In this document: in pieces, positions 1 to 9,700 of the stretch
Position numbering within the stretch: the stretch's first letter is position 1
Layout of the letters: each line of letters opens with the position of its first letter
DNA from: Cyanophora paradoxa CCMP329
Taxonomy: Eukaryota > Plantae > Glaucophyta
Reading direction: 5' to 3'
Length of the DNA: 64,000 nt
NCBI GenBank assembly: GCA_004431415.1
Contig: QPMI01000511.1
Location: 1-64,000, forward strand
The notes under the pieces: model-generated
Told to the model about the DNA's origin: nothing
Database searches by the model: none
Seen by the model: the letters and a program-made list of their open reading frames with translations, nothing else
Position numbers and translations under genes: made by a program

Positions 1-355
1 GCGCATCCTGAGGAGGCGACGGCCCGGCGCGACGTGCTGACCGTCCGAAGGTACACGAGCGCGTGCCGCCTCCAGCGCCTCATAGAGCGCCCCGGGCGCA
101 GTGCCATCTCCAGAAAGGGGTTGGCCGCCGCTATCCCTAACTTTTGCGCGTTCTGCAGCGCCCCGCGCCGCCTACCCGCAGCGCTGGCGAGATTTGATGG
201 AGGAGACAAGGAATGTGGCCCGCGCGCTTGCGCGCGCCGGCGTCATCGAGATCACGCAGAAGGGTGAGCCCGTCGGAGATCTCGACAAGCCGTTCAAAGG
301 TCCGATCCGGCTGCGCCTGGCCCGCCCTGGCGCCGGCGCGGGAGGGAAGAGATAG
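1..355 (+). CDS. DUF3253-family small helix-turn-helix protein, candidate selenoprotein (5' end outside window)
   Basis: Exon 2-50 reads RILRRRRPGATC-TGA-PSE; GT donor 51, CTAAC branch ~137-141, AG acceptor 157-158; exon 159-355 reads APRAAYPQRWRDLMEETRNVARALARAGVIEITQKGEPVGDLDKPFKGPIRLRL...TAG. Matches the DUF3253 motifs as I recall them (T.CPSE, WR.LM, ITQKG, GPIRLR). Confidence 0.85.
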
Positions 356-428
356 GCGGTGCGGCGGACGAGGCGGCGGAGGCGGCGGCGGCGGCAGCAG
401 CGGCGGCAGCAGCAACTGGTTCTGGCGC

Positions 429-489
429 GCGGCGTTGAAGGGGATCGGCGAAAACCCTCTCGGGATGCTGCTCTCCTGAGCCGAGCCGC
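429..489 (+). promoter_or_regulatory. Type II eukaryotic SECIS element in the DUF3253 3' UTR
   Basis: Core TGAA 436-439 / TGAG 477-480; helix II GGGGATCGGCG 440-450 pairs with TGCTGCTCTCC 466-476 (10 of 11 pairs, 3 of them G-U); unpaired AAAA 451-454; apical ministem CCC-TCTC-GGG 455-464; helix I GCGGC 429-433 / GCCGC 485-489. Confidence 0.85.
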
Positions 490-817
490 CCCGTGGCCCA
501 CCCGCCCCAAGCAAGCGCGCGCCCATGTTGATGAATCTCTTGATGCTAGCGCTCGTTCCCATCTCCTGCCGAGCCTGCTCGGCCGTTCGACATCCTGCGG
601 GGCGGGGCCGCGCCCCGCAAGCGCCGCCCCTGTGCTGGGGCGCGCCTCTCACGAGACGCCTTCCCATGCCGCAGAGCAGCTGCCAGGCCGCCGGCGCGGG
701 CCCTTTTACAGGAGCGTCGGGCCGCTGAGAGCTGCTCATGAATCCTATGTATTAGCTGAGACCTATTGCTATCTATTCTGCTGCCGCTAGCTCGTTTCAT
801 TGTCTCCGGGGGCCGGA

Positions 818-1346
818 CTACTTCGCCTTCGCTGCCCTCGCGTCGCCGCGCAGCATTTGAACGTAGTACTGCCAGCTGCCCTTCTTTGGCGGCTTCTTGA
901 CGATGTTCTGCGGCGGGGGCGCGCTCGAGCGACGGCGTGGACGAGAGCGGCAGAGCGGCGCGGACCTTCCTGTACTCTGCGATCTTTGCCGGCTGCTCCT
1001 CGAGCGCCTTCTGGATCTTGGCGACGCTGCGCAGGGCGCATCGGCGGGGGCGCCGCGCGGGACGGCGCGGGACGAACCGCAGGTGCTTCTCGCGCTCCCA
1101 CTTGTGGCCTTTGGGGAGCTTGACGACCTTCTCCTTGGGCGGATCGTCGAACGGCCACGGCTCGCCCTTCAGCAGCGCCTCCTTCCGCAACATGGCCTTC
1201 TTGCGGAGCGAGAGCTCCGGCCGCCGCCACTTGCCATCGACGAGGTGCGCCTTGAACTTGTCCGCCGTCGGCTTCCACCTCTCCGCGTACGATATGGCGG
1301 CGGCCTTCGCGCCCGCGGCGAAGGCCGCGATGCGCGTCGCCCACAT
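818..1346 (-). CDS. Mitochondrial ribosomal protein mL59 (MRPL25)-like, 3 exons
   Basis: N-terminal presequence-like MWATRIAAFAAGAK; motifs GKWRRPELSLRKKAMLRK, PKGHKWERE and IQKALEEQPAKIAEYRK resemble the mL59 family; last exon ends AKAK-TAG at 818. Confidence 0.7.
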
Positions 1347-1552
1347 TTTTGTCTGCCGGGTACGCAGTTTACCGCCCGTTTAGGCCGAGCCTCGCACGCA
1401 GTCAGCAGTCTCGAAAGACGCAGCTAGGCATCTGGTGTTTGTGCGACTGCTCTTCGAACGCTAGCTAAGCGACAGGACACGCAGGAAGCTAGCTAAGCGG
1501 TTTGAATAGCTTTGCGAGGAGGGCCGGCCACTGGAAGCGTTAGTTGGCTGCC

Positions 1553-4500
1553 ATGGATGACAGTCTGGAGAGCACGCCCGCAAGGCCGGCGCTGCCCCAA
1601 GCGGGACAGTCGAAGGACATCCCAGGGAGATGGGATCACTTAAGTTACTCCGATAGACAGCTGTGCGCTCCCTTTCCGCAACTCGTCTGCGTGCTCTGGC
1701 TGACGGCGGCCCGGCGCACCCGCACGCCATCGCAGGCCCGTCTTCACTTTCGACCAGCCCAGCGAGCGGCAGGACGAGGGGGAGAAGAAGCGGTCGGGGC
1801 GCGACACGCCCGAGCGGCCGATCAAGTGCGCGGAGCTCTACACGTTCGGTGCGAGCGCGAGCGCGCCGGGGCCGGCGGCGCGCGCTGAGACGGCGGGCCC
1901 GGCGGGCGGCGGCAGGGGGCAACTCGTTCGGGCAGCTGGGCCACGGGGGGGAGAAGAACGAGCGGTTGCCGCGGCACGTGAAGGCGATCACCTTCTCCGA
2001 CTTCGAGTCGCCCACCGAGCGGAGCCTCAAGGCGCGCCCCGCCGCCCCGCGCCCCCGCCCCCTCCCGCCTCATCCCCCGCGCGCTCCGCCGCCCCGCAGC
2101 TCGGCGCCGGAGCCTTCTACACGGCAGTAGTCTCCGGTGCGCGCCCCGCGCCCTCGCCGGGCGGCGGGGCCTGAGGCGGGGCGGGGCGGGGCGGTGCGGG
2201 CAGACATCGGGGACCTGTTCACGTTCGGGGAGGCGAAGCACGGGAAGCTCGGGCACGGCGAGGAGAAGCACATGCGCGTCCCCCGGGTCGTCGAGGCGCG
2301 CGCGCGCCCTCCCGGCCGCCCGGGCCGCCCCCCTTTGAGCCTCGGGCGCAGGCGGTGCGGGAGCGCGGCATCCGCAAGGTCAGCTGCGGGCAGCAGCACA
2401 CCGTCGCCGTCACCCGTGCGCCCGCCCCCGCCCCCGCGAGGCGCCCCGCGCCGGGGCCGCGGCGGGGGCCGAGGGCGGGGGCGGGGCAGACAACGGGCTG
2501 GTGTACACGTGGGGCCTGGGCGCCATGCACCGCCTCGGCCACAACGACGCCCGCTCCCTCTCCCTCCCCAAGGCCCGCCCCGCCCCGCGCCCCGACCCCC
2601 CCGGCCCGGCCCCGCTGCGCGGCGGCTGAGGGCGGGCGGCCAGATGGTGGAGGGCCTGCGGGGCGTGCGGGTGATCTCGGTGGCGGCGGGGGCGGCGCAC
2701 ACGGTGGCGCTCTCGTCGCAGGGGGAGGTCTGGTCGTGGGGCGACGGGCAGGCGGGCCAGCTGGGGCACGGCGACCACGCCCTCCAGCGCGTGCCCCGCA
2801 CCGTCGACGCCCTCCGCGGCAAGAACACCATCGGCCTCGCCGCCGGCGACCACCACAGCGCCGCCGTCACAGGTGAACGCTCCCTCCCCGCCCGTGGTCT
2901 CCCTCAGAAGAGCGGCGGCCCCGCCCCGTCCCGCCCCGCCCCGCCCCGCCCCGCCTCGCCCCGCCTCGGGCGGCTCGGGCGGGGCCTGACGGGGGGCGGG
3001 GCCAGCGGACGGGGCGCTCTACACGTGGGGCTTCGGCGTCAACGGGCGCCTCGGCCACGGCGACGAGCAGATCCAGACCCTGCCCAAGGCACCCGCGCCC
3101 CGCCCCCGCCCCCGCCCCCGCCCCACCGCCTCGCATGTTCACCGCCCCCCTCCCCCTCCTTGCAGATCGTGAACTTCTTCGCGAGCAAGGGGATCCACGT
3201 GACGCAGGTCGCCCTCGGGGGCTCCCACTCGCTCGCCCTCACCGGTCCGCCCCCGACCCCGACCCCGGCGCCGCAGCGCCGTACCCCTGCGCCGCTGAGA
3301 CGACGGCGGGGCGGGGGCGCAGAGGCGAGGGAGGTGTTCGCGTGGGGCCTGAACGACCACGGGCAGCTGGGCCTGGCGAGCCTGAAGGACGCGCTGCAGC
3401 CGCGGCGGGTGGACGCGCTCACGGGCAAGCACATCTGCCAGCTCGCCCTCGGCTCCCGCCACTCCGCCGCCGTCTCCAGTGCGCCCCGCCCCGCCCCCCT
3501 CGCCCCGCGCTCGCCGAGGCGGGCGGGGCGGGGCCGGCGGGGCAGCGGCGGGCTTCCTGTACACGTGGGGCTGGGCGGAGGACGGGCAGCTGGGCCACAA
3601 CTCGGAGCACGACGCCGAGGCGCGCCCCCCGGCGCGAGCGAGCGCCGCCGCCGCCGCCGCCGCCGCCTGACGCGGGGAGCAGACGCCGACGCTGGTGCGG
3701 GCGCTGGTGGGCACGGGCGTCGTGCAGGTCGCCCTCGGCGTCTCCCACACCGCCGTCCTCGCCGGTACCGGCGCCCCCGCGCACGCCCGCCCCGCCTCCC
3801 TGCCCCTCACCCGCCCCGCAGCGCCGCCCTGGAGCGGCGCGCACGCCTCGTACCTCGACAGGTGCGCGGCGCGCCGGCGGCCGCGAAGGTGCCTCCGCTT
3901 AGGCGCCCCGCCCCGCCCCGCCCCGCCCCGCCCCGCCCCGCCGGCAGCGTGGACGCGTGGAACGCGCGGCGGGCGCCGCTCGAGGGGTCCCCCGAAGAGG
4001 CCCTGATCGCGGCCGTGGAGGCGGGGCCGCCGAGCCCGGGGGCCGGCCCCATGACCGCCCGCCGCCGCCGCCAGGAGGCGCAGCGCGCCGCCCGCAGCGG
4101 CGGCGGCGAGGCCCAGGCCCAGCAGGAGGCCCGCCCGAGCAGCCCGAGGCGGAGGCGGGGCCGTCGAGGGCGGGGGCGCCGGCGGAGGGCGAGGCGGGGG
4201 CGGCGGGGCCCCGGCGAGGCCGAAGGTGCGGGGGCGCCCAAGCGCGGGGCCGGGGCGGCGACCGGCGACGGCGAGGCGGCCGGCGCGACGGCGAGCGCCC
4301 CCGCGACGGCCGGCGGGCCGGGCGGCGGGGGCGCCGGCGCGGTGCCCAAGGCGGGGCGCCGGGCCGGGCTTCAGCAGCAGCGGGCGGCGGCCTCGCAGCC
4401 GGCGACGGCGGCCGGGGCGATCGCCCGAGGGCCCGCCGGCGCCCGAGCGGCACACGGCGCCGCAGGCCAGCGCCGCGTTCGCGCAGGGGACGGGCGAGGT

Positions 4501-5046
4501 GCGGGCCGCCGCGCGCGCCGTCGGCTGCGCGCTTCGCTGAGGCGGCGCAGAAGCTGTGGCCGTACATGGCAGTGCCGGCGCCGTCCAGGGGGCTTCCCGG
4601 GTCCCCGGCCCTGGACCCCGAGCGGGCCTACCGGACGGGGCCCCTGCACTCGGGCCCGGCGCACCCGCTGGGGAGGTCCGAGGCGCCCCGGCGGAGGCCG
4701 CACAAAGGGACCATCGCGGGGTGGAACCCCAGCGGGGTACCCGAGTACTACTACGCCTCGTTCTGGGAAGGGGACGTCCGGCGCGGGGCGCCCTCGAAGC
4801 GCGGCGGCGCGACCTCGCCGCCCCGCGGGCCCGGCGCGGCGCTTAGGGGGTACAGCTCGTGGCTGCACCCGCCCCCACGGGAGCTCATCGTGGCGACGCA
4901 AGTGGCCGTGCACGAGCAGGTGGCACCCCGCCCTCCCCGCCCATATCAAAGAATTCGCTGACCCCCCGAAGGCGGCGGTGCAGGAGGAGAGGGGGAGGGC
5001 GGGTACGGTGCCGTCCTCGCACGACGGGATCCCCGACTTCGAGTGA
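1553..5046 (+). CDS. RCC1-repeat beta-propeller protein with low-complexity C-terminal extension (>15 introns)
   Basis: Spliced exons give about seven RCC1 repeats: LYTFGGNSFGQLGHG, LFTFGEAKHGKLGHG, VYTWGLGAMHRLGHN, VWSWGDGQAGQLGHG, LYTWGFGVNGRLGHG, VFAWGLNDHGQLGL, LYTWGWAEDGQLGHN. 3' exon structure approximate. Confidence 0.88.
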
Positions 5047-5535
5047 ATTGCAAGTATATGCGGCTCGGGCTTAGACCGAAGCGCCAGCGGCTGCCGCGGC
5101 TGGGCGAGGGACGGCCGCCCTGGCTCCCTTGACTGCGGTCATCCGATGTGAAGTGCCAGCCTGGCGTTCGAATTCATGGTCAGCCCTCTGCTAAATAAAA
5201 TCCGATGGATCGCTGCCTGCTCACTCCCTACGCTGCGCATGCAGCGAATATCGCAAGAGCGCGCATAGCGCAAGAGCGCGCATATATCCGGATCTATAGC
5301 TAAACTAGGTCTTCGAATTCGACTCGCCCCCGCCCCCTGCCCGTCTAAGGATGTGCAAGGCCTAGGTGGGGTCTAAACTAAACTAATCCGGATCTATAGC
5401 TAAATAAAATCTAGAGTATTAATGGTATGAGCGTGCGACGGCCGGCGTCGATCGCGGGCCCCGCGCGGGGCCGCAGCCGGCGCTGACATGTACGTATACA
5501 CGGGCCCGCAGCGCCAACTAGAAACGGCGACATCG

Positions 5536-5890
5536 ACGCCGCGGCGCGGCAGCCGCGCGCGCATGCGCGCCGCGCGTGGCGTTGAGCGCGCAGCTGCAGC
5601 CTCATCCTGCGCTGGCCATGGACGGCGACGCCGCGCACGGCGCGGAAGCCGCGCATACGCATGCGCATGCGCGCGTGGCGTTGAGCGCTAGCGCGCAGCC
5701 TCATCCTGCGCTGGACGGCGCCGACGCGGCGCGACAGCTGCAGCCGCGCATGCGCATGCGCATGCGCATGCGCGCGTGGCGTTGAGCGCGCAGCCTCATC
5801 CTGCATGCGCTGGACGGCGACGTCGACGCCGCGGCGCGACAGCCACGCATGCGCGCATGCGCGGCGTTGCGCGCATGGCGTTGAGCGCAC
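5536..5890. repeat. Degenerate tandem repeat, ~3.7 copies of a ~70-nt core expanded by palindromic micro-insertions
   Basis: Blocks TGGCGTTGAGCGC (4x) and GCAGCCTCATCCTGC (3x) recur about every 100 nt, with variable (GCATGC)n tracts. Confidence 0.85.
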
Positions 5891-6728
5891 TGCTGGTACC
5901 TAGGCAATGTACTAGTACTAAAGTTGCTCGCGCAGGGCCCTGCACAGCTGAGGGCTGCAGACCCAGTGCAGGGCGGGCAATGGAGAATTTCAAGTACCCC
6001 AGAATTCGAAAAAACAAAAATAACCCCAAGCTTAAGCGTGACTTAAGTACAAACCCGGCGTGACGGCGGTGTCAGCCGCGTCACTTGCCAATGCATGAAT
6101 AGGCCGATCGATCAAAATCGGGTAGCCCGCGGTTCACCGATCGCGATTCGGCAGTGACTCGGCACCGGAGCGGCGGATCGGGGGCTCCCGCGGCGACGCC
6201 GGCGAGCAGCTATAGCCTTTAGCTATATATATATCTAGCGCGCTTATGCAAATGATCATCAGGCTGCCAGCAGCACCTCGGCTCTGCCACCGCCGCAGCA
6301 GTGCTGCATTTTGTTTTTGCAAAAGTGGACGTCTCATTAAGAACACCACGGCACATGTCCCGGAGTCCTAATTATAATGTCCTGCTGCAGCAGTACTAGT
6401 CTACTACCGTAGTACGTATCCGGCTAGCCTAGTGGCAGGCCCGCGCGCGCGGGCCGCAGCTGCCAGCTTGCAGGCCTAGGCTCGTATACGTACGCGAGCT
6501 GTTGCGGAATAGATCAGGTACGTAGCGAGCTCAAGCCGCTGCAGCGTGTGTGCCACACTGCGTGGCCGCGAGATTGGCTGCTGCTCGAGGCGTGCCGCTC
6601 GCGCGGCATCGTGACAAGTCACTGAGGCGCGATCGTGGTCCCAGTTTTAATTTTGCAAAGTCAACGTCTGAAGCTTCGCGGACTCCGGCCCTCGCCCGGC
6701 CGCGGGCAAAGCAGAGAGCACAATTGCA

Positions 6729-9700
6729 ATGGCCCAAGATGTGTCGCGGGCGGACGGTGGCGGGTCTGTGGCGAAGCTCAAGGGGCTTGGCGGGCGCGGC
6801 GGAGGCGATGAGGAGATCGGCAAGGTGTGTGGCCCGCGGCCGAGCGCGATGAGCCGTTGCCTTTGCTGATCATTGATATCTCTTCCGCCACGCAGAAAGA
6901 GGACAAGGTTCGCTTGCGCTGGCCACTTGCCAGTCCCAGGGGCGGGTTCGATGCATGTGGCGGGCGCGCAGGCGTGGCGGGCGATGTACGCGGTGCAGGA
7001 CTGCCTCACGGAGCTCGCCGACAAGAAGTACCGGAACACCCGCGAGCGCATCCTCGCTCCCGTGCCCACGCCCCGCCCCGCCCGCCCCCGCCCCCGGCCC
7101 CTCGCGAGCGGGCCGGGCCGGGCAGACGTGGGCCGTCGTGGACGGCATCCAGCTCCTCATGCTCGTCGTCGGCCGCTCCTCCGGTGCCCGCCGGCGCGGG
7201 GCGCGGGGCGGGGGCGGGGATCGAGGGGGGCGGGGCGGGGCAGGGTTCGACCCCGAGGTGACGCGCACCTTCCTGCGCTACATCGACCTCCACGTCCTCT
7301 TCACCGGCCACGAGTGGGAGCCCTGGAGCGTGCGCCCCGCCCCGCCCGCCCCGCCCCGCGCCCCGCCGCCGACGCCGGGCCGGGGCGGGGCGCAGCGGAC
7401 GTACTGGGCGTACACGGTCCTCCTCGTGGCGGCCACGCTCATGTTCTTCTACCGCCTCCTCCGCATCGCCGTCCGCCCGCGCCCTCGCCCCGCCCCGCCC
7501 CCGGCCCGCCGCAGACCGCCTCGATCGCGAGCAGAAGGGGCACGACGGGCGGGGGCCCCAGATCTACTGCTCCGTGCTCTTCCGAGTGCGCCCGCCCCGC
7601 CGGCCCCGCGGCCCCCGCCGGCCTCACGCGGGGGGCGGCAGCTGTTCCTGTACGGCCTCTTCATTCCGTTCTTCAAGCTGCACGCGGGGGTCTTCGCGTG
7701 CGGGCGGGACGACTGGCTCGACGGCTCCAACGCCGCCCCCCTTCTCGCCTGCATGGAGTTCCCCGTGCGCCGCCCCGCGCGCCGCGCCCCGCGCCCGCCC
7801 GCGGCGCCGCCGACGGGGCCCGGCGGGGCGGGCGGGGCGGGGGCCAGTGGATCCTGTACGCCGGCATCTCGGGTGCGATGCTCGCCGCCGGTGCCGCCTT
7901 CTTCCTCCCCTTCTTCCTCTTTTTCCGGCCCGCCCCGCCCCCGCGCACCCCCGCCCGGCCCCCGCGCCCCTGAGGCGCCCGCAGGCACAACCACCTCACC
8001 TGCGCCGACAAGGAGGCCCGGCCCCACGGCCGGTCCGCCCCGCCCAGGGCCCCGCGCCCCCTCGGCTCGCGCCGCGCGGATTCGAGGCGATGGGGCGCGG
8101 GGGCAGGTTCCACGGGGTGTACGCGGTGGCGCGGCTGGCGATGGTTGCGGCGACGGCGGCGGCGGCGGAGCCGAACATGATCGCCTCGCTGGTCCACCTC
8201 GGGGGCACCGCCGCCTCCCTCCTCGCCCTCCTCTACTTCCTCCCCAACTACCACGCCCCCATGAACTACATCGTGCCCCGCCCCGCCCCGCCCCGCCCCG
8301 CCCCGCGCCCCGGGCCTGAGGCGGGGGGCAGCGGGCCGGCTTCCTGGCGGCGGCGACGTGGCTGGCGGCGATGTCGTGCCTGCTGCTCGGTCTGGGCCGC
8401 TCGACGGTGCTGGCGACGGCGGTCTCGCTCGCGCTCTCGGGCCTGCTCGCGGCCGGCGGCGTCGGAGCCGTCTGGTTCCGCTACTTCCAGGTCGCCCGCC
8501 TCGCCGCCGCCGAGGGCGAGGTCGACTACCGCAACCCCTACGAGGCCCGCCGCCCCCGCCGCCCCCGCCCCGGCCGCGGCCCCGCCGCTGCGCGGCTGAG
8601 GGGGCGGCAGGTGGAGCTGGCGGTGCGGCACCTGCTGCTCAAGCACCGCGACAACGTGACCCCCGAGGCGCGCCGCCCCCGCCGGCCCCCGCCGCCCCCG
8701 CCGGCGTGACGGGCCGCGCGCCCAGATCAAGGCGAACGCGGACGCGGTCTACAAGGCGGGCATCTCGCAGTACCCCACCTCCGCCTACCTCTCCATCGTC
8801 GTGCGCCGGCCCCGGCCCCTCGCTCCTCTGCGTCCCGCCTGAGGCCTCCGGTGTGGCAGTACGGGCACTTCATGAAGGCGTACGCGGAGAACGAGCCGGG
8901 GGCGGTGCTGGAGATCAAGGCGGCGTGGCGCAAGGAGCCGGCCCTCGACTTCCGCTTCGAGCTCGCCTCCACGCGCCGCGCCTGGGAGCGCATTGCCCAG
9001 ATCCGAGGGCAGGCCGACGCGGTCCGCCCCCCGCCGCCCCGTTGCCCACGCCCCAAATCGTAGCAAGCGTCCCCAGCCTTCGTTCTTGCGCTGACGCCTC
9101 CGGATCCGTGTGGCGGCAGACGCGGGACGTCTTCACGAGCCAGGAGACGAAGAAGGCGTACAGCGTGGCCCGCTACTCTCACTCGCGCACCCTCAAGGCA
9201 AGCCTCCGCTGGAATGATCGCGAGCTCGAGTCGAGCCCGCGGCCGGCGCCGGCCCGGCGCGGCCTCACGCGTGTCCGGCAGATGATGCGGGCGTTCTGGA
9301 AGACTCTCGCGAAGAAGAACCTCACAGTCGCCGGCGCCCTCAGCGACGTCCCCGCCCGGTCCCCCGCTGTTGTTTTTCGTTTTTCTCCGTTTTCTGATCG
9401 TGCATATGCGCCGCGGGGCCATATGCATCGGCAGGCTGGCGGAGATCGAGAAGATGGCGAAGGTGCCTAGAATGAGGCCGGCCGGGGCCGGGGCGATCCT
9501 TCAGCTGCAGATCTAGATCTGACGCAACCTGCTGCCGCAGCTCGCCGACGAGCGGTATGCGGTTCTGCTGAAGCGCTTTCCGAGCTCCAAGATCCTCCTC
9601 CGCTCCTACGGCGCATTCCTCGGCCAGTGCCTGGTAACCGCTAGCGTTAACGTTGATTTTTATTGCAACCCCGTTTCCGCTCTGCCTCTTCTGGCGGACG

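Noticed and set aside
38-40. Pseudogene or genome-wide UGA reassignment
   Set aside because: The rest of the gene is intact, and TGA is an ordinary stop at 5046, 15581, 37578, 47382, 57037 and 58387.
1-50. Reading GCTGAC (36-41) as an intron branch point, making the TGA non-coding
   Set aside because: It lies only ~9 nt from the next AG, which is immediately followed by a GT donor; the segment translates to the DUF3253 N-terminal motif in the phase needed for the next exon, and a SECIS is present.
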